A stretch of 64,000 bases of DNA from Haliotis cracherodii (taxonomy: Eukaryota): assembly GCF_022045235.1 (NCBI RefSeq), contig NW_027266297.1, forward strand, positions 12,772,001-12,836,000. The letters are read 5' to 3'. The notes under the pieces were generated by a model. It did not search any database and was not told the origin of the DNA. It saw nothing but the letters and a program-made list of their open reading frames with translations. Position numbers and translations under genes: made by a program. Positions 11,858 through 25,761 of this stretch are shown here, in pieces (position 1 is the stretch's first letter; each line of letters opens with the position of its first letter).

Positions 11858-14800
11858 ATGGCAGTCAACATCCCAGGACTTGTTGCTGTGTTGGTGTTCT
11901 ACGTCATCATTCTCCTCGTCGGCATCTTTGCTGGAAGAAAGAAACGGAGCATCAATGACTTCATGTTGGCCGGCCGTAGTATGAATTCGTTGGTGTCGGT
12001 GCTCTCAATAACAGGTAAACTATAATTTTGATGTCTGAAGGTTTTGCTATAGTTATTTTTCATTTAGTCATTTGTTGGTTTCACCATTCAAGGCCATAGC
12101 AACACTTTCAAAACGTTTTATGGTAGTTTGATGCATCAGTGACAAACATGATGTCTGATCGCACAGTTTGAGTAATTGGGTTCCAAATTCACTACACTTT
12201 ATTTAATAACTATAATGAAATAAATACAAAGCGTCAAAACCATTTCCATATAATCATAAGAAACTAAAATCAAAGTCAATTGCACCATTCCGACCAGATC
12301 ATTAGCTTTTTATTATGATTCTTTATTAAATAATGATGATACCAGCTGGTCGAGAAAAGCCGAGCTTCTTTTCTTGCCCCACATGTCGCACCCGTTAAAA
12401 ACACACGACAAGGAAAGTCAATTGTTCACCTAACAAAACACGGGAAGGTGTGGTACAAGTTGAAATAGGGAATTGCACCGTACATAATTTTTGTCACTGA
12501 TCGACTCTCCAGACTCAGCTCAGCTTTCTGATATTTTGTAGGCTTTAAATATTATTATATTAACAAGAGAAAACCCCTTTCTCGTTAACACTGAAAACGT
12601 GGGTTTACTGTACAGTACATGTTCAGCTTAAAAATCAAAAGGTATTTTAATTAAAAAACGATATTTTTAGTTCTGTAAACATTTCGTTCTAATTGATTTG
12701 AATTCATAGATATTATTACTGATCGAATTGACATTATTGATTGATTATTTGACTGATTATCTCATCTTTAAATTATTGACATTGGCTTTATAATGATACT
12801 GAACAAGGAAATATTTTTTTCTGAAGTTCTCATAACATCAATTTCGACTGTCCACTAATTGTAATCTTCACATAAATACACCAGTCCTTTATTCACGTGT
12901 GACCGTGTGAAGCCCATTTCTGGTGCCCCTCGCCGTGATATTGCTGGAATATTGCTAAAAGCGGCGTAAAACCATACTCACTCACTCACTCCACGTGTGA
13001 CCCTTTTAAATGATTGTGAAATGCTGCACACAGATGTGAGTAATTACTTGTTCTGAATTATTCTCATACGTAATCACACACATACAAATCTCTCTGATCG
13101 AGCATTGATGGAACATAAATGGGAAGTTCCCCGTAATAGATATTAATTTAATACCTATTATCCTGAATATTATCTTGCATGTTATTGAATAGATCCTACA
13201 AATGGCCAGCATGTTACAAAATGGATTACACTTTTNNNNNNNNNNNNNNNNNNNNNNNNNNNNNNNNNNNNNNNNNNNNNNNNNNNNNNNNNNNNNNNNN
13301 NNNNNNNNNNNNNNNNNNNNNNNNNNNNNNNNNNNNNNNNNNNNNNNNNNNNNNNNNNNNNNNNNNNNNNNNNNNNNNTCAGCATCGTCATACACATGCA
13401 CATACATTGCACGCACACAGACACGCGCGCGCACATACACAAACACACACTCAAACACTCACATAAACAAACACACAAATATATATATTACATGGTGAAG
13501 AGTTGATCTGTATATATGTATAAGGCACGTTCATACATCATTTAAACATGCACGACTTTGGCAGCAATGAAACCTGCCCAAACTTGGCCTTGTGTTCTAT
13601 AAAATGACAAAAACTGCAGCGGTTAAACCGTTTAATAAAAATGTCATATCAATGCTCCACGAGCTGTTGTCCATTTCTCGACCAACTCTTGACCATGTAA
13701 TTAGTGACAAGAGTTAAACTGAGACACTGAGGCAGCGCCTGAAAACATTATTCTCTCTAGAACAAATATTCCCAGCACCCACCACCGACCCACCACTAGA
13801 ATATTACTGGTTGGACACTTCAGAGGTTTTTATGCTACATTGGCTTCAGACAGTTACATGGGGCACGGGTGGCCCAGTCGACCTAGGCGCGTCGATCCGC
13901 TAGGCGCGGCGAACCTATGATTGTGGGTTCGAATCCCGGTAATAAAAGTGAGATTCAATAAAGTGGAATTGCTTCAGTTTATTTGTCGTGATAGAAGTGA
14001 GATTCAATAAAGTGGAATTGGTTCAGTTTATTTGTCGTAATAGAAGTGAGATTCAATAAAGTGGAATTAGTTCATTTTATTTGTCGTAATAGAAGTGAGA
14101 TTCAACAAAGTGGAATCGATTCAGGGTATTTATCAGAATAGAAGGGAAATCATGGAGCGTTCAAACAATAGAATGACTTCACAGATGTGTTTTAACAGAA
14201 TAGAAGAGAGATTTCATACACTGGAAAATCGAGAATATGCTGTTAGCGGTTTCTATATATATTGTGTCAAAAACCTACATGTGGTAATATGTAAATAGAT
14301 GTTTTTGATATTACACATGCGATGGTCATACCATTGTGGCCACTAAAAGAAGCAGTGCCATGCCAACTCACCTATTTTGCTATCAAGAAACGGATAACAA
14401 TTGCTAACGGGATATATTTTACCCGATTTGATGTGGCATGCATTACATCAGCATATTGCCTAGGTTTGTTTTAATCTACAGCGACAGTTGTGGGCGGTGC
14501 ATACATCAACGGAACTGCCGAGTCCATGGCATTCCTGGGACTGGCATGGTCACTGGTGCCTCCTGGATTCTTTATAGGAGCAATGATCGGTAAGGGGAAG
14601 ATTATGTATTTGCGACACATACAAGACATCTTCATTTCACGGTTATTCATTTAAAACATTGACAGTAAACAACAAAGCGGAATACAGACATGTTGTTGTT
14701 TGTTGTTTAACGCCGCATTCAGCAATATTCCAGCTACATGAATAGGACGGCGGTCTGTAAATAATCGAGTCTGGATCAGCCAATACAGTGGATGATATCA

Positions 14801-17800
14801 TGAACATCGATCCACGCAATTTGGATACGATGACAAGCATCAACCAAGTCAGCGAGCCTGACCACCTGATCCTGTTAGTCGCCTCCTTCAGGGATGAATA
14901 CTTTTTTTCAGAATGTAGGACTCAAAATTTCACACAAGAACACAGTATACAGGATTGCATAACACGGTGCACACACAAGCACACACCCACACATTTACAC
15001 TCACACGCATACATACACACACTCACTCGATTCCCATAGAACAGTCGGGTATTGAAATTATAATCATCGTATTGCATTATAATCATTTTTTCATTGATAT
15101 GGTTAACCAATATGTAAACAGTGCATAATTTGATAATTAATCTGATTTAGAACACCTGGTTTCATCACTGTTTGATATTGATTCATAAACACATGCTCAT
15201 GATGTAGTAGGAATCGTACATGCTCATGATGTAGTAGGAATCGTACAATTGACTCTACTTTTCTTTTTCTTTCAGTGGCATTCGTGTATGCACCGAAATT
15301 ACACAGGATGGATTGTGTTACTATGTTTGATCCCATGCAAAAGAAATACGGCAAGTATGTTGGAGGGCTGTTATTCTTCCCAGAACTGATGGGGGATCTG
15401 TTTTGGGCAGCGGCCATACTGGGAGCGTTAGGTAAGCAAACATCTACTGGAATGAAGTAGTGTGTTATAGCAACGCCTTTCATACACGTAGCTGTATCAT
15501 TGTAGCAGGCCAAATGGAAATATTTATCGGGCAGCGGCGCGTCACCTTAAATCATGCGCGTCAGTCATTTTTATCCTTTTCCCCACACCATACGAAGCAG
15601 CTGCATAATAACATTGTATTATAGAGCCGAGTTGAATGTGCCTCGTTAGGTCAGACTTTTAAAAATTCTTTTTGATTTTGGTTGTGAAACATTTGGTAGC
15701 CTTTTTTTAATAAAAAGCTCGTATAATCGTCTTAAAGTTTTATTTGGGTCGGTAAGGTGATTAAAAATGACGATTTATTGTTTATTTTTTTCTGTTTTAG
15801 TCACATGATAATTATTGTGTATGTTTATTTTTATTGTCAAAGCGGTCTTTATTCCCCGGAATTATCCCCCTGAATTTTCGAGTTTTAAGTTCAGCAGATA
15901 CGTAAATCAAGCAAGACAAATGTACGGCCTAATGTGTGTTGGTAATCTGAGCGGGAAATAAATAAAACGTATTCCATCCCCATCGCTTTCGTTTTCAATT
16001 AAAAATGTTCAAAAGGTCCTTAAAAATGTTCAAAAGGTCCTACCTTCCTCCTTGAGAGAAATGTGCTCGAGAAGTATTTATGCTTTGTTATGCGACCCAG
16101 TCGATGCAAATAGTGATTGTACATGAATATCAAATTATAAATATATTTATCATACCCGTCTATATACAAATATGATCTTGAATTGTAAATGGTAAGATCT
16201 GGGCCCCTCAAGTGTGTGTCACTGGAGCATTGTAAGAGTAGACTCACAAAGTTACCAGTGTATGGCTCCAAAACTGTTTACCAGGTTCAACGATGGCGAT
16301 CATACTGGACGTGGACTCGTGGATCATGATCATAGTGTCTGGGGTGGTGGCAGCGGTGTACACGTGTTTCGGGGGACTCCTGTCTGTGGCTTACACAGAC
16401 ATCGTGCAGCTCATCTTCATTGTCATTGGTCTGGTATGGTAATAAGCTGCCTGGAAAAAGAGAGTATACACCTTTGTCTGATGGTGGTTAAAAATGAAAC
16501 AAATAAAAAAGATTATTCGATGCTGATGTATTTCATAGGGGTATCATAGTTGTGTTTTGGACCTTAAGTTTTCAGTTTTTCGGCATGTTTTCAGTCTAGG
16601 AACGTTTTGATAACGTTTGTATTTTGTTTTGACAAATCCTATTTTTAAATGTGTACTTTCTTTCCGGCAGCTGTGTGTATCGGGAGACTTCTCTGTGGGT
16701 CGAATAACAGTTTCATATAATTTAAGAATTGACTTCTATATGTGTGTTTGGTACATATAGCTGTGAGCTATAAACGGAAAATCCGATGTGCATACTTTCC
16801 TTTCATGTTAAAAAAGTAGCGGATTAATGCGCTGTGTGTACATCGGGCGTGGAACACGTGAAGTTATATAGTCTTCAGCCACCCATACGTGCCGTAAATG
16901 GCGACTATGCTTGTCGTAAGAGCCAACTAACAGGATCGGGTGGTCATGCACGCTGACTTGGTTGATCGTATCCCAATTACGTAGACAAATGCGCATGATA
17001 TAAATCACTGGATTGCCTGGTCCAGACTCGATTTTTTACAGACCGCCGTCACATAGCTGAAATATTGCCGAGTGCAATAAACAATAAACAAACAAACAAA
17101 ACATCGGGCGTGGCTTAATTTGTTTAGGTTTATTGACAAATACATGCAATCACAAATACTTAGCAAATCAAATGCCATGTAATCACTTGCAATTTATTAT
17201 TTTATTTACAATGTAAAGTTAGCTATCGAACAGCAACATGTGGATGTATGATTTGTGTGATAAAAACACAGGGCACTACAATGCTAACTATTATAATTAA
17301 TTGTACGGGTGACATGTGCAGACAGAGAATTCCATTTGGACCTATCAAGACCACACGCTACTTTGAGGTCTGTCAGTCTATAGATATGACTCGATGACTG
17401 TCTTTAAACAACCTGACATGGAAGAATATTTAATAGCTTGGGAAATGTGGCATATTGACTTATTTTTTGGTATTTATTTGTAGACCTACCTGTGAATGTC
17501 TTCTTTGAGGGGCATTCAGAAGTTAGAGTACTAAGTAAGGATACGATATACTGATGAACAACTTCTTTATTCCAACAATTAGGAGCGACGTTTCGTTGTA
17601 GGTTTTAACACCGTTATCAGTGATATCAGAACCCACGTGTGAATGGCAAGAAACCTATATATAACTGTATAACTGATCATTCCAGATTGTAAGCTTCCCT
17701 TTTGCGATGAACCACCCGGCAGTAGATTTCAGCAGAGTGAGTTCCACATGGACTGGTGCAGTTCCCGTTGCCCTGACGGGATCTTACATTGACGTGTGCC

Positions 17801-20800
17801 TGTTACTTGTCTTTGGAGCCATACCATGGCAGGTATTAAACTACATACATGTCAATTTTAAAACTTAAATATAAAAATATTTGTTAGTGAGTGAGTATGG
17901 TTTTACGCCGTTTTTAGCTTTATTTTAGCAATATCATGGCGGGGGACAACAACATTTGGGCTTCACACTTTGTAACCATGTTGAGAATGGAACCTATTGT
18001 TTTGTTTTCAACAATAGCGTGTTTCAATTTATGTTGGTTGTTTTGTTTGTTAGTTGTTTAACGCCGCCGCACTCAGCAATATTCCAGCTATATGACGGCG
18101 GTATGTAAATAATCGAGTCTGGACAAAACAATCCAGTGATTGACATCATGAGCATCGATCTACGCAATTGGGATGCGACGACATGCATCATCCAAGTCAC
18201 CGAGCGTGACCACCCGACCCCGTTAGTCACCTCTTACAACAAGCATTGGTTGCTGAACGCCAATTTTAACCCGGATCTTCACGGGTTTGTTTGGATTTAA
18301 GAAAATGGAATGACTAACACGTGTGAAAAAGGTGCTGATGTAAGAGTTAAACTCTACCTTAAGCCTGTGAAGATTCCTGGTAGAACTATATGTCTTCAGC
18401 AGCTTGTCGTGGTCCGACACTGTGGCTTGATCGAGTGTCATCGTATCCAGATTGCGTGGAATTTACCCATGATGTTTTGACTTGTCTGGACTTAATTATG
18501 TTTATAGTCATATAGATGGAATGGTATTGATTGTGACGTTCAACAACAAGCACATCTGATGTATTTGATGTTATAAGTATAAATAGACAAGGTCCTCTGT
18601 TCACATGAATGGTCACTAAAATATCCAAAGGTCTTTCCCTAATTTGAATTTGGACAATTCGTGAGGTCAAAATTAAATTCGATCGAAAATATGGCATTGG
18701 TTTAAGGTTAACATATAACACAGGTGCCCCCGCGCTCACCGACCAAGGATAAACCGTGAACAGTAACGGAGTCACAAACATCATATGAAAAAACATATGT
18801 ACCCCAAAGACATGTATCTTTCGTCTCAACGTTTCTGTCCTCCAACATTTCCTCCATCTATTTTCAAACAATTCTGTAACTTGCTAGGCATTGATAAAGT
18901 TGAGGATTATTCAAAACGGCGTGAAATCCTACTCTCATCTTTACAGGCATTCTACCAACGTGTTCTGGCATGCAAAACAGCCCATGTGGCCCGAATGTCC
19001 ATTGCTTTAGCATCGGTTATGATACTAGTCCTTGGAGTTCCTCCTGTCTTCATGGGTGCTATTGGAGCTGCTACTGGTATGGTAGTTATCATATTGTGAA
19101 CACATACAACGTTCAAAAATGATTTACTGAAGGAATGAACTTAACTACTGGTCAAAGGAAGTATATATTTGAAAACTGGATTTGACCAAAATATTATATA
19201 TATCTATTGTGAGATATTCATTGACATGATGTTTGTGATCCCCGTAGCAAAAACACAACCGTTAAAACATTCCTTATATGTTTCATGTTTAGCTACCATC
19301 AAACGTTCTGTTGTCAGGCAGTTCACACTGAAACCGTCAACACGAACGAACACGTTCTAATATCAGCTGTGACTACTTTTTCACCTGTGAATCTCATAAA
19401 TATGAAATAATAGGCAAAGCATCTAGCGAGGGTCATGTCTGGGGGCCTTTCATAAATCTGCACATTTCTCTCGTGTGCCCAACAAGAGAAACACAAGTTA
19501 TTCGCGTTGATTTGGGAAACACTTTCATCTTATAGAAAATACGGACAGCAATATATTTTATTAAATCGGTGTTTTGTGAATTGGGGAGATATTTAATCGA
19601 ATCTATTTATGCTTATTACACAGTTCATGAAGCTATGTTCACAAAACCATATCAAGGCAACATACGAAGAATTTGTGGTGAAGGAGAGTAGGTGTGCCTG
19701 GGAGATCAGCACAATGCTCAGAAGCCACGTGCTGCGTACATTCCTAACAGTATCATTTTTACTTTACTTCTTGGACTCACATAACAATAGACGGCAATGT
19801 ATAGTCAGTTTATTTATGTGGCTTTGTCATGTGATTACAGATTGGAACCAGACATCGTATGACGGAGTGATTCCTTTCCCTCCTGAGATGCAAAGCTCAA
19901 TCCTGCCTCTCGTCCTCAATTACCTGTGCCCACTTCCGGTTTCCATGATCGGTCTGGGGGCAATTTCTGCTGCAGTCATGTCGTCTGCTGACTCCGTGAA
20001 TCTGGCAGCGTCGTCTGTAGCGGCAAAGAATATTTATAGCGATATATTTCGACCAAATGTAAGTTGTGGTGATAATATTGATACTATGATAATTACGTAA
20101 TTGGATAAAATAACACAAGGAAAGAGGGATGTCTGAAGCCTATTCTTGGTTTCAACCGATGTTGTATGGCTGGATTATTGCCAGAACGACGTTCATCTAG
20201 AAGGAAAATATTGTGAAAACTCTCTTTATGGAGTTTGAAAATATTTCTTTTTCTTTAAACTGTGACAATGAACTCTCCTTAAACTATCCTCTCTTACACA
20301 ACTTTCTCAATACAACGACATTAATTCATGTTTAAATTTGATTCACAGGACTCAATAAGCATTCAATGTAACCCAAATGGCGAAATAAGAAAGGAGATTG
20401 TTCCAGTCCGATGAAATATTTGTTTAAAGAGGGTATGGATATTCAGATCTGAGTCGTTTTTCTCAAAGACAATATATTTCTGCTGGTCTAACAATTGTTA
20501 AACACGTGACACAGGACACGCTATCCTTACGAAATGTCCTCCATTTTGAAGCAGTCGCGGATTTAAGACCAGGTTTAAGACAACCCGTCTGCACCTAGCT
20601 TAACTCCCATTCTCTGTTACTAACCATCTGGAATGGGAGAATGGGATGAAAACTTCGTATACATCGAGATGATATAATAGACGATGAGTTTGAGTAGCCA
20701 TTTTACCCATTAGCATGTCCTTTGTCACGCGATCACCAAATTGAGCAGATAATCTAGTATTCGTCCATGTCATTTCAGGCGAGTGATCGCGAGGTTGTGT

Positions 20801-21219
20801 GGGTCATGAGAATCTGCAGCCTTCTCTTTGCTGGCGGTGCATGTGCTTTAGCTATTGTCAGCAAAAGCGTCTACGGTCTTTTCGTAGCATGTGGTGACCT
20901 GATGTACGTTATTCAGTTCCCCCAGTTTACCTGCGCCCTGTGGGTGAGTTGGGCAAACGGCTATGGATCATTTATTGGCTTCATCGTGGCTCTGATATTG
21001 AGAATAGGAGCAGGCGAGCCTCTTCTGAACGTTCCACCTTTCATCCACTTCCCACTTTACGACGACGTGTACGGCCTGACTTTTCCCTTTAGAACACTCA
21101 TCGCTATCATCAGCTTTGCTACAATATTGGGCGTGTCTGCTGTCACCAAGGTGATGTTCAGGAATCGGATTCTGCCGTCCAGATTTGACGTTCTGAATGC
21201 TTCAGGGCAAAATACATAA
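11858..21219 (+). CDS. SLC5A7: SLC5A7/CHT1-like sodium:solute symporter, ~501 aa; exons 11858-12014, 14482-14589, 15276-15431, 16285-16433, 17686-17832, 18947-19076, 19841-20058, 20779-21219
   Basis: Spliced translation gives MAVNIPGLVAVLVFYVIILLVGI..., ATVVGGAYINGTAE, VTMFDPMQKKYG, GGLLSVAYTDIVQL, GAIPWQAFYQRVL, GLGAISAAVMSSADS, ASDREVVWVMR, LRIGAGEP and FPFRTL, all hallmark CHT1 motifs. All introns are GT-AG with matching phases; total 1506 nt. Probably a divergent paralogue rather than the orthologue. Confidence 0.92.
13946..14140. repeat. 49-bp tandem repeat, ~4 copies (intronic)
   Basis: Unit ATAGAAGTGAGATTCAATAAAGTGGAATTGGTTCAGTTTATTTGTCGTA. Confidence 0.85.
14690..14890 (-). mobile_element. 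SINE family C (partial copy)
   Basis: Matches the family C consensus (GATCGGGTGGTCAGGCTCGCTGACTTGGTTG...CCAGACTCGATTATTTACAGACCGCCG...) with a (CAA)n/(CAAA)n tail. Confidence 0.85.
16855..17102 (+). mobile_element. SINE family C copy
   Basis: Same consensus as 18035-18285 and 56285-56555; (CAAA)n tail. Confidence 0.85.
18035..18285 (-). mobile_element. SINE family C (near full length)
   Basis: Starts ACCCGTGAAGATCCGGG on the minus strand; shared 3' tail GCTGGAATATTGCTGAGTGCGGCG...TTAAACAAC. Confidence 0.85.
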
Positions 21220-21340
21220 GTGGACAAGAAAACCGGCAACCAGACTGCAAAATATCTCCTTCCTTTGAAGACATCGCCTCACAGAACCTTTTGAAAGACT
21301 TGTCCGTGCTTGTATTCATCCACGAACCGCCAGTAGAGTA

Positions 21341-21506
21341 CAGTAAACTACGGTTATAACGAACTCAAAGGGACTACTAATTTTAGTTCGTTATAAGCAT
21401 GTACATGTATACAGCTTAACTACAGCAAATAGACGGGACCAAAAACGTTTGTTCGTTATATCGATCAGTTCGTTATAAGCGTGTTCGTTATAACCGTAGT
21501 TTACTG
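21341..21506. mobile_element. TA-flanked MITE (pogo/Tc1 superfamily) in the putative 3' UTR of the SLC5A7-like gene
   Basis: 24-bp perfect TIR CAGTAAACTACGGTTATAACGAAC with TA TSD; second copy at 48078-48253. Confidence 0.9.
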
Positions 21507-21879
21507 TATATGAAAAGGCCTACATACGAAAAACAAACTACCTCATGAAGAAACCGTGATATGGAGTGGAGTGAACAAAAACTGTAGCTTGGATACGCAT
21601 TCCCATAGCCTTGTAAATGTGTTACATCGTGTAGTTCATCTACGGTGTACAATTTTCATTAAACTACAACTGATTGTACATGGTGTTCCTGCTTGTACAC
21701 ACAGTCGCCTTCTGTAGTTGCTTCTAGTTGCACCAAGAGCACCACAACAAGACATGTACGTGTCTCACACATTGATTGCCTATCGGCTGAACATTAAGAT
21801 GTACTACACAATAGCATGGTGTCACTTGGCGATACATCAGTATCACACATAAAAACAAGGTGCTCCTTACACACGCACT

Positions 21880-23690
21880 GAACCAGAAGAACCGAAGATT
21901 GGCATTTACAATTTACATGCATTACATTACCATGTATATGCACCACATACGTAATCAGGAGGCCCGTAGATTGACATTTACATGCACCCCACACTTAACC
22001 AGGAGGCCCGAAGATTACCATGTATATGCACCACATACTTAACCAGGAGGCCCGTAGATTACCATGTATATGCACAACACACATAACCAGGAGGCCCGTA
22101 GATTACCATGTATATGCACCACACACTTAACTAGGAGGCCCGTAGATTACCATGTATATGCACCACATACTTAACTAGGAGGCCCGTAGATTACCATGTA
22201 TATGCACCACATACTTAACGAGGAGGCCCGTAGATTACCATGTGTATGCACCACATACTTAACGAGGAGGCCCGTAGATTACCATGTATATGCACCACAC
22301 ACTTAACTAGGAGGCCCGTAGAGTACCATGTATATGCACCACATACTTAACCAGGATGCCCGTAGATTACCATGTATATGCACCACATACTTAACTAGGA
22401 GGCCCGTAGATTACCATGTGTATGCACCACATACTTAACTAGGAGGCCCGTAGATTACCATGTGTATGCACCACATACTTAACCAGGGGGCCCGTAGAAT
22501 ACCATGTGTATGCACCACATACTTAACCAGGGGGCCCGTAGAATACCATGTGTATGCACCACATACTTAACCAGGAGGCCCGTAGATTACCATGTGTATG
22601 CACCACATACTTAACCAGGAGGCCCGTAGATTACCATGTGTATGCACCACATACTTAAACAGGAGGCCCGTAGAATACCATGTGTATGCACCACATACTT
22701 AACCAGGGGGCCCGTAGATTACCATCTATATGCACCACATACTTAACCAGGGGGCCCGTAGATTACCATGTGTATGCACCACATACTTAACTAGGAGGCC
22801 CGTAGATTACCATGTATATGCACCATACACTTAACCAGGATGCCCGTAGATTACCATGTATATGCACCACATATAGATTGACATTTACATGCACCACACA
22901 CTAAACCATGATGCCCGTAGATTGACATTTACATGCACCACACACTTAACCATGAGGCATGTAGATTGATATTTACATGCACCACACACTAAACCATGAT
23001 GCCCGTAGATTGACATTTACATGCACCACACACTTAACCATGGGGCTCGTAGATTACCATGTATATGCACCACATATAGATTGACATTTACATGCACCAC
23101 ACACTGAATCAGGAGGCTCTTAGATTACCATGTATATGCACCACACACATATCCAGGAGGCCCGTAGATTGACATTTACATGCACCACACACATAACCAT
23201 GACGCCCGTAAATTGATATTTACATGCACCAGACACTGAACCAGGAGGCCCGTACATTGACATTTACATGCACCAGACACTGAACCAGGAGGCCCGTACA
23301 TTGACATTTACATGCACCAGACACTGAACCAGGAGGCCCGTACATTGACATTTACATGCACCACACACTTAAGCAGGAGGCCCTTAGATTACCGTGTATA
23401 TGCACCACAAACTTAACCAGGAGGCCCGTAGATTGACATTGACATGCACCACACACTGAATCAGGGGGCCCGTAGATTGACATTGACATGCACCACACAC
23501 TGAATCAGGGGGCCCGTAGATTGACATTGACATGCACCACACACTGAATCAGGGGGCCCGTAGATTGACATTGACATGCACCACACACTGAATCAGGAGG
23601 CCCGTAGACTGACATTGACATGCACCACACACTTAATCAGGGGGCACGTAGATTGACATTGACATGCACCACACACTTAATCAGGGGGCC
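21880..23690. repeat. 44-bp minisatellite, ~40 units, two sequence variants
   Basis: Unit AACCAGGAGGCCCGTAGATTACCATGTATATGCACCACATACTT, grading into the ...GATTGACATTTACATGCACCACACACTG variant. Confidence 0.95.
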
Positions 23691-23769
23691 TTTGGGAGAC
23701 ACTTATATGTACTATACATTGCATAAACAAACCAGCGGTTAGACTAACTAGGGTTGATTGATAAATTCT

Positions 23770-24440
23770 GCAACATACACGCACACATCATTATTTTGTC
23801 TCATGTACTACGTTGTCTGTAACATACACACACAGTATTTGTTTAAAGTACTACAGTGTCTGTAACATACACGCACACATTATTTGTTTTATGTACTTCA
23901 GTGTCTATAACATACACGCACACGTCATTATTTGGTTCATGTACTACAGTGTCTGTAACATGCACGCACACATTATTTGTTTAATGTACTACAGTGTCTG
24001 TAACATACACGCACACATAATTATTTGATTCATGTACTACAGTGTCTGTAACATGCACGCACACATTATTTGTTTAATGTACTACAGTGTCTGTAACATA
24101 CACGCACACATAATTATTTGATTCATGTACTACAGTGTCTGTAACATGCACGCACACATTATTTGTTTAATGTACTACAGTGTCTGTAACATACACGCAC
24201 ACATAATTATTTGATTCATGTACTACAGTGTCTGTAACATGCACGCACACATTATTTGTTTAATGTACTACAGTGTCTGTAACATGCACGCACACGTCGT
24301 TATTTTGTCTCATGTACTACAGTGTCAATAACAAGTCCGCACACATAATTATTTTTCTCATGTACTACAGAGTATGGAACTCGAACGCACACATAATTAT
24401 TTGCCCCATGCACTACAGGGTATTTAACTTACACCACACA
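23770..24440. repeat. 45/48-bp alternating minisatellite (93-bp higher-order unit)
   Basis: TGTACTACAGTGTCTGTAACAT(A/G)CACGCACACA core with alternating long and short tails. Confidence 0.9.
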
Positions 24441-25263
24441 CTTGTATCACTAAAAGGAAATATTTCTCTATCTCCTTGCATTAAGTAGAAAGACTGCTAG
24501 CTTATCTCATTAAGGAAAATTACACTTATCCTTATATGTGTTTCCGTTAGATATTACTTGTCAACAGCAAAGTTTGCGATCGACAAATGAATTAATATAT
24601 AGCTGTATGCAAACGTAGATATCTCTATGTGAGCTGGATAAACCACCCAAGCAGGGTGTACATGCACGTCACCAATTAATAACCAAACCGCTATAAGTGT
24701 AAATAATATCAATGCTATTTTGAAAGAAACTTAAAGGTCCATGGTCGTTCTTGCTGGGACATTAATAACTTAACTACCCAAGTCTAATTGGGTCATAACA
24801 GCAGTCATTAATGATTACAGTGAGCAAAGCATTTTGTGCCATGTTGCCATTTCCTCACATACATTGTACATTGTACAAACGGAATAGGTTGTTCCCGCCA
24901 TGAGGGGTATAATGTTTCTTGGTATCTTCAAAATATTAATAAGTACTCCTTTCAATTTCCAAGCCTGGCGACCTTTTTTAAACGGTCGGTATCTAAATGG
25001 TCGCGCTCGACTCCGTTGTAATTGAGGTGCCTTGTCATTTTCACTGAGCAAGACAATAAGACAGGGAACGTGTGCAACGAAGTTATTTAATGTTTCGAAT
25101 ATATGAGACACATCAGGAGAAGAAAGTCGGACTGTTATCATTAAACATGAATACATGATTGAAAAATAAAAAGTTATGACATAATTGAACTTACATAAGA
25201 AAATTGTAACCTGGAAGTTAGTGTGTTTGTTGTTTAACGCCTCACTCGGCAATAATCAAGTTA

Positions 25264-25761
25264 CAGTGCTCCGTATTTATCATGGTCCTGGTTATAATGC
25301 CACCCTGGTTATAATGCCGCCCTGGTTATAATGCCACCCTGGTTATAAGGCCGCCCTGGCTATAATGCCACCCTGGTTATAATGCCGCCCTGGTTATAAT
25401 GCCGCTCTGGTTTTAATCCCAGCGTGGTTATAATGCCACCCTGGTTATAAGGCCGCCCTGGTTTTAATGCCACACTGGTTATAATGTCACCCTGTTTATA
25501 ATGCCTATGCCGATGCTTTTCAAACGTTAAATTCCCTGGCTATAATGTCAGTTTGGCAAAAAAGAAAGGGCAATGTGTTTAATCTTTTGGGGATAATTCC
25601 CTCTTTTAAATCAACACATTAATTGCCTTGATCTCAGCGAATCATCACACAGAAATTCAAGTCCCAATACCATAAACTCCAGCTTAATCATTGTGTTGAC
25701 AATAAACTGGCCCCAATGAAAATGATGTGATGACACCATCAACGTCTGCGTGCAAACACTG
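25264..25761. mobile_element. TA-inserted element with a 17-bp internal tandem array, splitting a family C SINE
   Basis: CAGTG...CACTG ends at TA; ~13 copies of CTGGTTATAATGCCACC at 25288-25505. The SINE C tail (25225-25263) resumes at 25762. Confidence 0.6.

Noticed and set aside
12380-12505. Dispersed repeat also at ~30270-30450, 34790-34890 and 37260-37350
   Set aside because: The similarity is real, but it is too degraded to define boundaries or family.
11266-13498. ORFs spanning N runs (also 43120-43520, 45297-45744, 46537-47292)
   Set aside because: Artefacts of assembly gaps and CA/GT microsatellites. Only the first 58 nt of the 43120 ORF is used, as a tentative signal-peptide exon.
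21880-24440. Regular repeat arrays superficially like CRISPR
   Set aside because: Head-to-tail tandem units without unique spacers, eukaryotic context and no cas genes.
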